A stretch of 64,000 nucleotides of DNA from Chitinophagaceae bacterium (GCA_016787135.1 JAEUVK010000083.1:2633-66632); one strand, 5' to 3'. Positions 46,151 to 55,629 are shown, counted from the stretch's first letter. The notes: generated from the sequence alone by a model not told the origin. Made by a program: numbers and translations.

Positions 46151-46176
46151 GAATACCCCGATACAACGGGGTATTC
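46151..46176 (+). promoter_or_regulatory. Perfect 10-bp stem-loop between the small ORF and acr3
   Basis: GAATACCCCG-ATACAA-CGGGGTATTC is followed by TTATCCTTGTT and lies 35 nt upstream of the acr3 ATG. Confidence 0.5.
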
Positions 46177-46211
46177 TTATCCTTGTTGATCCTTACCGCC
46201 AACCCAACCAC

Positions 46212-47255
46212 ATGCAAAAAAAACTCTCATTCCTCGACCGCTATCTTACCTTATGGATATTTACTGCCATGGCCATTGGTGTTGCCGCCGGCTACTTTCT
46301 TCCGGGTACTGAATCTTTCATCCATTCTTTTCAGTCCGGCTCCACGAATATTCCGATCGCCATAGGGCTGATATTAATGATGTATCCGCCACTCGCCAAA
46401 GTGAAATATGAAGAGTTGCCCAAAGTATTTACCAATAAAAAGATATTGCTTCTCTCGTTGATACAAAATTGGATCGTCGGGCCGGTGCTGATGTTCCTGC
46501 TGGCCGTTATTTTTCTGAGGAACGAACCCGGCTATATGACGGGGCTGATCCTGATCGGTATTGCCCGGTGTATAGCGATGGTCATTGTCTGGAACGACCT
46601 GGCTAATGGCGACAGGCTTTATGCGGCAGGACTAGTAGCCTTCAACAGTATCTTCCAGGTGCTTTTTTATAGTGTGTATGCGTGGATATTCATCACAAAA
46701 CTTCCCCCGCTGCTTGGCCTGAAGGGGTATGAAGTAAATATCACCATCGGCGAAGTTGCTCAAAGCGTTTTCCTGTATCTCGGAGTTCCGTTTCTTGCAG
46801 GCATGATATCAAGGTATGTGCTTATCAAATGGAAGGGAGAAGAGTGGTTCAACAAAAAATACCTGCCCGCCATCAGTCCTATTACGCTGGTTGCATTATT
46901 ATTTACCATCCTCGTCATGTTCAGCCTCAAAGGCAACCTGATCGTGCAGATACCGCTGGACGTATTGATGATCGCCATTCCGCTGACCATTTATTTCATG
47001 ATCATGTTCTTCTCTGCTTTTTATCTTTCGAAAAAGGCAGGAGCAGATTATGCGAGGTCCACATCGCTGGCTTTTACCGCTGCCGGTAACAATTTTGAAC
47101 TCGGTATTGCCGTTGCTATCGCCGTATTCGGCATCAATTCTCCGGCTGCCTTCGCCGCCGTGATCGGGCCATTGATCGAAGTGCCGGTACTTATCCTGCT
47201 GGTACGGTTTGCATGGAGACAACAGAAAAACTTTTCATCCGCACAATCAAACTAA
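46212..47255 (+). CDS. acr3: Arsenite efflux transporter, ACR3 family
   Basis: In the ORF track 46110..47255, the ATG at 46212 ([17 protein letters not shown]) gives about 347 aa. The sequence ...[13 protein letters not shown] is the ACR3 signature with its conserved Cys. Confidence 0.92.
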   Translation: MQKKLSFLDRYLTLWIFTAMAIGVAAGYFLPGTESFIHSFQSGSTNIPIAIGLILMMYPPLAKVKYEELPKVFTNKKILLLSLIQNWIVGPVLMFLLAVIFLRNEPGYMTGLILIGIARCIAMVIVWNDLANGDRLYAAGLVAFNSIFQVLFYSVYAWIFITKLPPLLGLKGYEVNITIGEVAQSVFLYLGVPFLAGMISRYVLIKWKGEEWFNKKYLPAISPITLVALLFTILVMFSLKGNLIVQIPLDVLMIAIPLTIYFMIMFFSAFYLSKKAGADYARSTSLAFTAAGNNFELGIAVAIAVFGINSPAAFAAVIGPLIEVPVLILLVRFAWRQQKNFSSAQSN

Positions 47256-47266
47256 TCAACAACCAT

Positions 47267-47668
47267 ATGTCAAAGAAGAAACTGCTTTTTGTCTGTATCG
47301 AGAACAGCAACCGTTCACAAATGAGCCAGGCCTTTGCCAATATCTATAGTGGCGACAACGTGGAAGCTTATAGTTCGGGCTCCCGGCCATCGGGGAAAAT
47401 AAATCCAAAAGCCATTGCGGCAATGAAAGAACTGGGCTACGACCTCACCACTCATCACTCCAAATCACTCGATGATGTAAAACAGTATGCGCCCTTTGAT
47501 GCGGTGGTAACGATGGGTTGTGGTGATGCCTGCCCCTGGATGCCCGCCAAACAATTCATTGATTGGCAGATACCTGACCCAAGAGAGATGAATGAAGAAG
47601 AGTTCAGGAAAGTACGGGATCTCATTGCCGGGAAAGTAAAAGACCTGATAATGTCGTTGCAAAACTGA
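47267..47668 (+). CDS. arsC: Arsenate reductase ArsC (LMW-PTPase/thioredoxin-coupled type)
   Basis: In the ORF track 47213..47668, the ATG lies at 47267. The CX5R P-loop is FVCIENSNRSQM, and downstream Cys residues occur in GCGDAC. Confidence 0.9.
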   Translation: MSKKKLLFVCIENSNRSQMSQAFANIYSGDNVEAYSSGSRPSGKINPKAIAAMKELGYDLTTHHSKSLDDVKQYAPFDAVVTMGCGDACPWMPAKQFIDWQIPDPREMNEEEFRKVRDLIAGKVKDLIMSLQN

Positions 47669-47699
47669 AAGTATCCTTCTACTTTCGGCAACACAATAC

Positions 47700-48068
47700 A
47701 TGAAGTGTACCGCTGCTATATTGGCTTTGCTTCTTCTTTACCTGTCGGTACAGCCGCCTATGTTTGCCGTCGGCAATAACAGCGGACAAGAGGAACAGGC
47801 GATGATAGAATTTTGTCCTTTAAGTAAAAAAAGCTGCGCTCCCCGATCATCCTGCCCGTCTGAAAAAAAAGATATTCCCAATCCTTGCAATCAATGTGTC
47901 TGCAACCCGCTGGCGCCTTGTTGTTATTACCTGCCTTCAGACAAAACATGGCCCGCTATTGCTTCCGGGCACCTGTTAAACAAACAGGGTATCCCGGCTG
48001 ATGAAAATATTCTATCCTCTTATATCTGTGATTTCTGGAATCCACCTGAATTGTCTCTTGTAGTATAA
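47700..48068 (+). CDS. DUF6660-like Cys-rich exported protein
   Basis: 122 aa. The N-terminal hydrophobic segment is MKCTAAILALLLLYLSV. The Cys cluster is CNQCVCNPLAPCC. The C-terminal ...DFWNPPE resembles the DUF6660 ...F.PP tail as I recall it. Confidence 0.6.
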   Translation: MKCTAAILALLLLYLSVQPPMFAVGNNSGQEEQAMIEFCPLSKKSCAPRSSCPSEKKDIPNPCNQCVCNPLAPCCYYLPSDKTWPAIASGHLLNKQGIPADENILSSYICDFWNPPELSLVV

Positions 48069-48110
48069 CAACCCAACACTATTTTTTTAAACGATTAAAA
48101 CTACAAGAAG

Positions 48111-48353
48111 ATGAAAAAGTTAATTGTAGCCACTGCGGCTATGTTCCTCCTCGCTGGTGTGACTGCCTATGCTGGTGGCGGAAAGAAAAAGGCAAAGAAA
48201 GCCAACAATAAAAAAGAATGTTGCATCCCGGTTCCCGGTTGCGATAAACCGAAATGCAATACCGTAAACCTTGCGGAACCTCAGGCTAACGGCAATGCCG
48301 GAGAATGTAACCCGGCATGTTGTAAAGACAAGTCATCTTGCAAGAAAGGATAA
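48111..48353 (+). CDS. Small secreted Lys/Cys-rich protein
   Basis: 80 aa. The signal peptide MKKLIVATAAMFLLAGVTAYA is followed by a K-rich stretch and 9 Cys, including two CC pairs. A strong terminator follows the gene. Confidence 0.6.
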   Translation: MKKLIVATAAMFLLAGVTAYAGGGKKKAKKANNKKECCIPVPGCDKPKCNTVNLAEPQANGNAGECNPACCKDKSSCKKG

Positions 48354-48370
48354 TTCTTTTCCAGGATAAT

Positions 48371-48403
48371 AAAGAGGCGGGATTGGTCCCGCCTCTTTAT
48401 TTA
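48371..48403 (+). terminator. Intrinsic terminator ending the ars-linked gene string
   Basis: A perfect 12-bp stem, AAAGAGGCGGGA-TTGG-TCCCGCCTCTTT, is followed by ATTTAAT. Confidence 0.8.
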
Positions 48404-48477
48404 ATGTTTCCGCTTTACAATCTGGGACATTGCCGGATAAAATTTCAGCTTCGTGGTGACCTAAAAAGAGGGTTACT

Positions 48478-50142
48478 TTGCGAAAATTATTTCTGTTGAC
48501 TATTCCCTTTCTTACGCGGAACACATATATCTTTTTGTTCTCGCTGCTCGGCCTGATCTATATCATCGGGTTATTTGTGCCGCTGATCGATAATGACTCA
48601 GCACATCATGCAAGCATAGCCCTGCATATGTACCTGACGGGGGATTATGCAAGCCTTGTTGACCAATCCGGCGACTACCTGGACAAACCGCATTTACTCT
48701 TCTGGCTGACCGCCATCAGCTACAAAATTTTCGGTGTCACATCCTTTGCTTATAAGCTTCCCTCTTTTCTTTTTACGATACTAGGTACTTATTCCGTATA
48801 TCGTCTTGGAAAAACACTCTATAATAATGAGGCCGGTAAACTGGCGGCATTGATCATTGCTTCTGCATTCGCCTATATCCTCGCCAATAATGATGTGCGG
48901 ATGGATGCGATACTGACAGCATCCATTGCTTTTGCCTGCTGGCAGCTCAGTGAATTCATACACCACAAAAAATTATCGAAGGTGGCCGGCGCTGCTCTTG
49001 CTTTAGCCATTGGTTTTTCCACCAAAGGGCATATTGCGGTGTTCGTTCCGGGTGTCTTTGTTTTCTTTTATATTCTTTACCGGAAAGACTGGAATACCTT
49101 TCTTGATTGGAAGTGGTTATTGCTGGTCATTCTTTTCGGTGTCTTTATTTCCCCGGTTGTTTATGCTTATTACCTGCAGTACAACCTGCACCCGGAAAAA
49201 ATGGTCCGCGGCAGGGATCATATCAATGGCGTAAAATTTATTTTGCTCAACCAAAGTATCGAGCGTTTTAGCGGGGGTATGGGCGGCGATGCCAAAAATG
49301 ATTATCTCTTTTTTCTTCACTCATTCTTATGGGCCTTTGCTCCCTGGAGCATCCTGACCTACATCGCTGTCGCTGGCCGGATCAAAGATTTCCTGCAGCG
49401 CAAAGAAGAATGGGGCACCACGGCTGCTTTCGTTGCAGTAGCGCTGGTGGTTTCACTATCAGGTTTCAAATTGCCGCATTATCTCAATATTGTTTTTCCG
49501 CTGTCAGCAGTAATGACAGCCGTGTATATTTTAAAAAAAGAACCCGGACAAAAATGGATACTGACCATACAGCTTGTCGTTACCGTTCTTCTTTTATTAT
49601 TGACAGCCTTTATTAATGTATGGGCGTTCCCGGTTCAAAAACCCTGGATCATGGTGGGCACCATTTTATTACTCGCCGCAGTTTTTTATTTTATAAGAAG
49701 TGCCGCTTATTCCCGTTTGCAGAAAGCCGTGACGACATCCGCCGCAACGATGGCCCTGGCTTTCTTTTTGCTCAACAGCAATTTTTACCCTCGGTTATTA
49801 CAATACCAGGCGGGTCAGGCGCTGGCCGAAACAACAAAGGGAAAAGCAGATCCCGCCGATGTATATATAAGACCGCATAGTTACAGCGCCTCTTATGTTT
49901 TTTATTCGAAGTCCATGTTTCGGCCATTCAACGACTCCTTGTTGCAAACAGGAAAGAAGGTCTGGCTGCTGACTGAGCCGCACTATCTTGAAGAGGTAAA
50001 GAATGAGGGATACCAGCTGGGCACTATGTACACAGCCCCGCATTTCCGGGTCACCAAACTGAATTTAAAATTCATGAACCCGGCAACAAGAGACAAAGAA
50101 TGTTCGCAGATGATGATCGTGGAAATAACCGGTAAAAAATAG
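48478..50142 (+). CDS. GT-C fold glycosyltransferase, ArnT/PMT-like (GT39/GT83)
   Basis: 554 aa and polytopic. The N-terminal loop DNDSAHHASIALHM...YLDKPHLLFWL is typical of ArnT/PMT-type enzymes. The predicted start codon is TTG. Confidence 0.8.
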   Translation: MRKLFLLTIPFLTRNTYIFLFSLLGLIYIIGLFVPLIDNDSAHHASIALHMYLTGDYASLVDQSGDYLDKPHLLFWLTAISYKIFGVTSFAYKLPSFLFTILGTYSVYRLGKTLYNNEAGKLAALIIASAFAYILANNDVRMDAILTASIAFACWQLSEFIHHKKLSKVAGAALALAIGFSTKGHIAVFVPGVFVFFYILYRKDWNTFLDWKWLLLVILFGVFISPVVYAYYLQYNLHPEKMVRGRDHINGVKFILLNQSIERFSGGMGGDAKNDYLFFLHSFLWAFAPWSILTYIAVAGRIKDFLQRKEEWGTTAAFVAVALVVSLSGFKLPHYLNIVFPLSAVMTAVYILKKEPGQKWILTIQLVVTVLLLLLTAFINVWAFPVQKPWIMVGTILLLAAVFYFIRSAAYSRLQKAVTTSAATMALAFFLLNSNFYPRLLQYQAGQALAETTKGKADPADVYIRPHSYSASYVFYSKSMFRPFNDSLLQTGKKVWLLTEPHYLEEVKNEGYQLGTMYTAPHFRVTKLNLKFMNPATRDKECSQMMIVEITGKK

Positions 50143-50157
50143 ATCTGTCACAACAAT

Positions 50158-51657
50158 ATGTTCCTGTCAAAGAATTTTTTAGAAAACATCAGCATCAGGC
50201 AAATACTCCTGCTCGGGTTGTTGTTGCGTTTGCTGGCCGTTTTCTTTTCCCCGGGTTATGCGTTTCATGACGATCACTTTGAAATGCCGGAGCTGGTCTT
50301 CCGCTGGAAAGACGGCATCTCTTTTCTATGGACCGGTAGTGATGTCCATGTGTTCAGTCTTATTTATCCCGGTATGATGTATTTGTTGTTTGAGGGCTGT
50401 CATGCGATCGGCATTGACAGGCCGGAGGACATGATGTTCGTGGTTCGCCTTATTCATGCGCTTGTTTCGCTGCTCAGTATATACTATGCTTACCTATTGA
50501 CGATTCGCCTTACCGGCAAAAAAGATACCGCCCATATTGTGGCGCTGCTGATGGCACTGTTCTGGATATTCCCCTTTATGTCGGTACGAAATCTCCGGGA
50601 ATTCTTTTGTATTCCGTTCCTGCTTATTGGTTGTTATTATATAGCTCATCACAGACACAGCACCCGTTCCCTTTTCCTCGCCGCATTATTCTTTGCCATC
50701 TCGTTCTCCATCCGCTTACAGGTCATCTTTATTCCCGCGGGTATTGGCTTATGTATGCTGTTCAAAAAGGAATTGATCCCCAAAGCGATCATCTTCGGAA
50801 TATCTTTTGGCGTTGCGTATATGCTGACACAGGGTTTGTTCGATCTTATTTATTACGGTGATCCTTTTGCCAACATCAAAGAATATGTGCGGTTCAATTC
50901 GAATCCGGTGAACATCGAACTGCAGCCGCAGGGGCCATGGTACCAATATATCGGCACCGTTGCCGGTGTGGTCTGGGGGTTTCCATTCCTGTTGTTGCTC
51001 TGGGGCTATACCCACTGCTTCCGCATGGCTTTCGCCATTAAAATGCTGGCCGTTGCGGCGCTGGTCTTCTTTGCTTTCCATTCTTATTACAGCAATAAAC
51101 AGGAACGCTTCATTCTTCCCTTTATTCCGCTGTTTCTCTTATTGGGCGTTATTGGTTTGAAAGACATTTTTGAAAACCAGGCGATCAGACCCTGGCTGGC
51201 AAAAATGACAAAATGGATCATTGCCTGGTTCCTTGTGCTCAATACCGTTGGGCTGCTGGTATTAACGTTCACCTATTCAAAGCGATCCCGGGTAGAAGCG
51301 ATGATCTACCTGCGGAAAAGGGGAGATGTCAGCAATATCATTATGGAGGGGGAAGTGTCACTGCAACGGCCGCCGTTATTCTATCTTGGTAAACACCTGG
51401 CGCCCTATGTGATGCCCGCTGAAGGAAATATCGAACAATTGCAAAAAGAAATAAATAGCTCTGGCCAGCCGGCCCCCAACTATGTGATCATGGCCGGGCA
51501 TAAAGACTTTGAGAAGCGGGTGCAACGCCTGAAAACAATCTTCCCTTCTCTTGAGCCCGAAACTATTATCAAAACAAGCTTTGTTGATAATCTGGCTTAT
51601 TGGTTAAACCCCAAACACAACCAGAACGAGGATTGGTATATATACAGGATAAGGTAA
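50158..51657 (+). CDS. GT-C fold mannosyltransferase-like membrane protein (GT22/Alg9-PIG-B-like)
   Basis: 499 aa and polytopic. The first-loop motif YAFHDDHFEMPE resembles the HPDE.FQ motif of GT22 enzymes. The gene starts 15 nt after the previous one. Confidence 0.6.
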   Translation: MFLSKNFLENISIRQILLLGLLLRLLAVFFSPGYAFHDDHFEMPELVFRWKDGISFLWTGSDVHVFSLIYPGMMYLLFEGCHAIGIDRPEDMMFVVRLIHALVSLLSIYYAYLLTIRLTGKKDTAHIVALLMALFWIFPFMSVRNLREFFCIPFLLIGCYYIAHHRHSTRSLFLAALFFAISFSIRLQVIFIPAGIGLCMLFKKELIPKAIIFGISFGVAYMLTQGLFDLIYYGDPFANIKEYVRFNSNPVNIELQPQGPWYQYIGTVAGVVWGFPFLLLLWGYTHCFRMAFAIKMLAVAALVFFAFHSYYSNKQERFILPFIPLFLLLGVIGLKDIFENQAIRPWLAKMTKWIIAWFLVLNTVGLLVLTFTYSKRSRVEAMIYLRKRGDVSNIIMEGEVSLQRPPLFYLGKHLAPYVMPAEGNIEQLQKEINSSGQPAPNYVIMAGHKDFEKRVQRLKTIFPSLEPETIIKTSFVDNLAYWLNPKHNQNEDWYIYRIR

Positions 51658-51755
51658 ACGGGGGTTGGCCGGAACGATCTCTTTTGTCCATTCCATTAAT
51701 GAATCGTTTGCCGTGAGACAAGAAAGAAATCTCTTTTATATTCGCCGCCGCCGTC

Positions 51756-51941
51756 TTGAATTTACCTGATTTTTTCAGCGCATCAGTGTGCCGTTGCAGC
51801 TACCGGCAGGCCGGGTATAAACCGACTAAACGGTTTTCCTTTCCCTATTATGAAATAACGAAGCCCGATATAAAATTTGTGAACCCGGAGAGGAGAGAAC
51901 GCCAGTGTACAAAGATGCTGGTGGCAGAGACAAACAGGTAA
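51756..51941 (+). pseudogene. Remnant resembling the C-terminal about 45 aa of the ArnT-like protein
   Basis: AGYKPTKRFSFPYYEITKPDIKFVNPERRERQCTKMLVAETNR aligns with EGYQLGTMYTAPHFRVTKLNLKFMNPATRDKECSQMMIVEITGKK, the end of the 48478..50142 product. There is no ATG start and no membrane domain upstream. Confidence 0.5.
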
Positions 51942-51973
51942 TTGGTGGCGCTTTCTGCACTACTAAAATAATA

Positions 51974-52537
51974 TCAGACCCGTAACGAGCCGCGGAAAGC
52001 CCTGGCAGCATAATAAGATTCCGCACCGTTGTGATACGTGAAGACATGATTGAAACGGCGATCACAAAAAAGGGCGCCGCCAAGCTCCCTGATAGCAGCC
52101 GGGGTTTTCACCCAGCTCGATGTTTTCGTATCGAACTCTCCAAGTTGTTGCAATTCCCGGTATTGTTCTTCCGTCAGGATTTCAATGCCCATTGTGGCCG
52201 CCATTTCCATAGCGCTGTTCTTCGGTTTATGTTCTTTTCTTGATGCCAGCGCCTCGCCGTCATAACAAACACTTCTGCGGCCAGCGGGGCTTTCTGCTGA
52301 ACAATCATAAAAAATATATTCGCCTGTCTTTTTATCATGGCCCACCACATCCGGTTCGCCGCCGGTCGTTTCCATATCGTCGAGTGACCACAGTTTTTCA
52401 GGATTCGCTTCCAGTTTTGCATGCACTTTGGCCCACTCAATGCCATTATGCCGTTTCATGTTTTTATCAAAACGGGCTTTCAATACCTTGAGCAGCTCTT
52501 CACGTTGCCCCGGCGACAAGCTTTTTTTCTTTCCCAT
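51974..52537 (-). CDS. DUF4256 domain-containing protein
   Basis: 187 aa. The sequences ...METTGGEPDVVG...FYDCSAESP.GRRS.CYD...WVKTP fit my recollection of DUF4256. Confidence 0.7.
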   Translation of the reverse strand: MGKKKSLSPGQREELLKVLKARFDKNMKRHNGIEWAKVHAKLEANPEKLWSLDDMETTGGEPDVVGHDKKTGEYIFYDCSAESPAGRRSVCYDGEALASRKEHKPKNSAMEMAATMGIEILTEEQYRELQQLGEFDTKTSSWVKTPAAIRELGGALFCDRRFNHVFTYHNGAESYYAARAFRGSLRV

Positions 52538-52692
52538 AATCTGGCTTTGTAAGGGTGATGTATGTGCGCTATATCCTGTGGTTGGTTATGCTCCTTACCG
52601 GGTAAAGTTAATGAAGGAAGAATACATTCTGGTTGTCCGGTTTTTATTTTAGGAATAAGAAACGGGAGAATATATTTGTTTCATACACCCTT

Positions 52693-52901
52693 TTACAGCA
52701 TTCACCTGTTCCCCGGTCACCGGGCTGGAAGTATCCATGCAAGACTACCTGAAAACAGGTACAGCATAAAGAACAACCGTTCCGGGTATCTTTGCCTGCG
52801 GTAACAATATTACCCGGATGCGAACCGTGGCAAATGTGGTGGCGATGGGTACTGCAACAGGAATGATGGTAAATAAAGAACTGATTGAGCAAACCTTTTA
52901 A
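52693..52901 (+). pseudogene. C-terminal remnant of an FAD/NAD(P)-dependent (thioredoxin-reductase-like) oxidoreductase
   Basis: The frame reads ...VTGLEVSMQDYLKTGTA*RTTVPGIFACGNNITRMRTVANVVAMGTATGMMVNKELIEQTF*. It has an in-frame stop, only about 65 codons of a protein of about 300 aa, and GD changed to GN in the FAD motif. Confidence 0.5.
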
Positions 52902-52909
52902 ACAGGCAA

Positions 52910-53464
52910 ATGAACAAGCTGATCCTGCAGACCGAACGACTTTTGATCAGGAATTTACAATTACCAGACCTGGCTGATTTTCATGCATACCGCTCTGATC
53001 CGGAAGTGACCAAATACCAGGGTTTTGATGTTTTTTCGATAAAGCAGGCGGAAGATTTCATCAAAGAACAAACTGACAAAGAATTTGGAAAGGCGGGTGA
53101 ATGGGTACAGTATGGTGTAGAGAGTAAGGTGACCGGTAAACTAATTGGCGACTGCGCTATCAAACTTGATCGGCATGATACCCGGCTGGCTGAGATCGGT
53201 ATTACTATTTCACCCGGAGAGCAAAGGAAAGGCTATGCAAAAGAAACCCTTCTTTCCATACTGGATTTTTTATTCAGCCTTGACGATTTCCATCGGGTTA
53301 CTGAAACCGTAGATGCGGAGAACATCGCTTCCATCCAATTGCTGAAAAGTGTTGGCTTCAGACAAGAAGGTCATTTCATAGAGAATATTTTTTTCAAAGG
53401 GAAATGGGGAAGCGAATACCAATATGCGATGCTCAAAAGCGAGTGGTTATATTTAAAAAAGTGA
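52910..53464 (+). CDS. GNAT family N-acetyltransferase (RimJ/RimL-like)
   Basis: 184 aa. LILQTERLLIRNL..., QRKGYAKE and the overall layout fit this family. Confidence 0.8.
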   Translation: MNKLILQTERLLIRNLQLPDLADFHAYRSDPEVTKYQGFDVFSIKQAEDFIKEQTDKEFGKAGEWVQYGVESKVTGKLIGDCAIKLDRHDTRLAEIGITISPGEQRKGYAKETLLSILDFLFSLDDFHRVTETVDAENIASIQLLKSVGFRQEGHFIENIFFKGKWGSEYQYAMLKSEWLYLKK

Positions 53465-53506
53465 AAAGACTGAAACAATTACCAGCATACAACCAAAATC
53501 TGCATC

Positions 53507-54514
53507 ATGAAATTATTTCTTTCTGTTATGCTAAGCATAACAATTGCCTTCGGTGTATTGCACAGTTCCGCTCAGGACTGCGGTAACCGACAATTGAATC
53601 CGGGTATAGCCGGCTTTCTGAAAATGATCGGATACAAAGACCTGAGCTTAGAAGAACTCCGGAACTTGCCAATAGAGGAAATTAAATACCCGAAAGTGCC
53701 ATTACAACCTTACCCAAAAGAAGATGTCAAAAGAATAAAGATCACAAAGGACAGTATTCCGGTTTTGGTTTTCAACCCGCTGCACCGGGAAGACCTTCCG
53801 GTTATCATTCATTATCATGGCGGCGGTTTTATATCGCCTCTTGTGCCAGGGCTGGAACATTCATTATGGCAGGATGCAAAGACCTATGAAGCCATTGTTT
53901 TTGCCGTTGACTACCGGGTGGCCCCGGAGCATAAATTTCCTGCCGCTGTAAATGATAGTTATAGCTCCTTCAAGTGGATTGCTGATCATGCGGGTCAGTT
54001 TGGCGGCGATACCAGCCGTATCGTATTGATGGGAAACAGCGCCGGCGCCAATTTAGTAGCTGTCATTGCACAGAAAGCAAAGAAGGATAACATCAGTCAT
54101 AAGATAAAGCTTCAGGTATTGAATGGGCTTCCTGCCGATCTGCGGCCTCAGCATATGGAGGCTTCCGGTTCTTACCAGGAAAATGCCAAAGGGTATTTTC
54201 AAACAAAAGCGCTATGTTATTTCGCTGTGGAGACCTACGCTCCAGGTCAATACAATGACCCCGAAGTATCTCCTGCTCTTACGGAAGACCTTGGCGGCCT
54301 GCCCCCTGCCGTTATCATCAATGCAGAGTTTGACCCGCTGAGGGATGATGGTTTTTTATATGCATCTAAGTTGAAAAAATCGGGTGTAAAGGTTTGGGAA
54401 AAGTGTTTTGCGGGGCAAATTCATTGCCTGATCGGAGCGCTGCCAAATAGTGATGCTGTAAAGGAATATGAAGCACTTGTAAAAATGGCGTTGGCAGATA
54501 CTTTTGTCAAATGA
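53507..54514 (+). CDS. Alpha/beta hydrolase, family IV (HSL-like) esterase/lipase
   Basis: 335 aa. There is a signal peptide, the oxyanion motif HYHGGGF, the nucleophile elbow GNSAGAN, and DPLRDDG. Confidence 0.85.
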   Translation: MKLFLSVMLSITIAFGVLHSSAQDCGNRQLNPGIAGFLKMIGYKDLSLEELRNLPIEEIKYPKVPLQPYPKEDVKRIKITKDSIPVLVFNPLHREDLPVIIHYHGGGFISPLVPGLEHSLWQDAKTYEAIVFAVDYRVAPEHKFPAAVNDSYSSFKWIADHAGQFGGDTSRIVLMGNSAGANLVAVIAQKAKKDNISHKIKLQVLNGLPADLRPQHMEASGSYQENAKGYFQTKALCYFAVETYAPGQYNDPEVSPALTEDLGGLPPAVIINAEFDPLRDDGFLYASKLKKSGVKVWEKCFAGQIHCLIGALPNSDAVKEYEALVKMALADTFVK

Positions 54515-54663
54515 GATGGTTATAGAGACCAGGTTATGCAAGAATAAAATTTAAATTATTCCTTTTTATTTCTGTTTGACGTGTATGTCTATTTTCAGAA
54601 TAAACAATTTGAGGCAGCCCGCAGGCTATGCCATCGATGCAAAACGGGAAAAACAGTATCAGC

Positions 54664-55629
54664 ATGAAAGCGTTTACTAAAACTAAATATGGCGGCCCGG
54701 AAGTACTTCAACTGGAAGAAGTAGAAAAGCCGGTAGTAAAGGATGATCATATCCTGGTAAAAGTGATGGCCAATTCAGCTAATCCCGCTGACTGGCATAT
54801 TCTGCGGGGCAAACCTTTTTTTGCACGTTTTTCTTTCGGACTATTTAAACCAAAGGACAAAATTCCGGGAGCCGATTTTGCCGGTACTGTAGAAGCAACA
54901 GGAAAAAATGTCACTCATTTTAAGATCGGGGACAGGGTATTTGGCGAAACATTAAAGGGTGGTGCCTTTGCAGAATATGCTTGTGTTCCGGAAGATGTAT
55001 GCGCCGCCATGCCACCGGGAACCGGATTTCCTGAAATGGCAGGTGTACCGATCGCCGGGTTAACCGCTTTGCAGGCACTTATCACTCATGGACAGCTCAA
55101 AGCAGGAGAAACTGTTCTGATCAATGGCGCCTCAGGCGGTGTTGGCCACTTTGCAGTGCAGATCGCAAAAGCTTATGGCGCAAATGTCACCGCGGTTTGC
55201 TCCGGCAAAAACATTGCATTTGTAAGATCATTAGGAGCCGACCAGGCTGTTGCATACGATCAGGAAAATATTCATCAGCACAACGGCAAATATGACCTCG
55301 TCATTGATACGAACGGTAATCTCTCTCACAAAGACTTCAGGCGCATGGGCCGGCGTGGTGTGGTGGTTGGTTTCACCACCATGGGGCATATGGTATCAGT
55401 ATCATTAAAGAAAGCTGTCAGCCGGTTTCCATTAACCCAGTTTACTGCGCAAGCCAACACTAAGGACCTGGAAACATTGGCGATACTGATCCGGGATAAA
55501 AAGATCAGGGTTCACATGGAGAAAATTTATTCCTATAAGGAGATTCCGGAAGCCATCGGATATATTGAAGCCATGCGTACAAAAGGAAAAGTGGTAATGG
55601 TCTGGGAAAATGTTCCGGGTAAAGCTTAA
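54664..55629 (+). CDS. NAD(P)-dependent MDR-family oxidoreductase (quinone oxidoreductase/alcohol dehydrogenase-like)
   Basis: In the ORF track 54628..55629, the ATG lies at 54664. The Rossmann segment is LINGASGGVGHFAVQIAK, and the C-terminus is ...GKVVM. Confidence 0.85.
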   Translation: MKAFTKTKYGGPEVLQLEEVEKPVVKDDHILVKVMANSANPADWHILRGKPFFARFSFGLFKPKDKIPGADFAGTVEATGKNVTHFKIGDRVFGETLKGGAFAEYACVPEDVCAAMPPGTGFPEMAGVPIAGLTALQALITHGQLKAGETVLINGASGGVGHFAVQIAKAYGANVTAVCSGKNIAFVRSLGADQAVAYDQENIHQHNGKYDLVIDTNGNLSHKDFRRMGRRGVVVGFTTMGHMVSVSLKKAVSRFPLTQFTAQANTKDLETLAILIRDKKIRVHMEKIYSYKEIPEAIGYIEAMRTKGKVVMVWENVPGKA

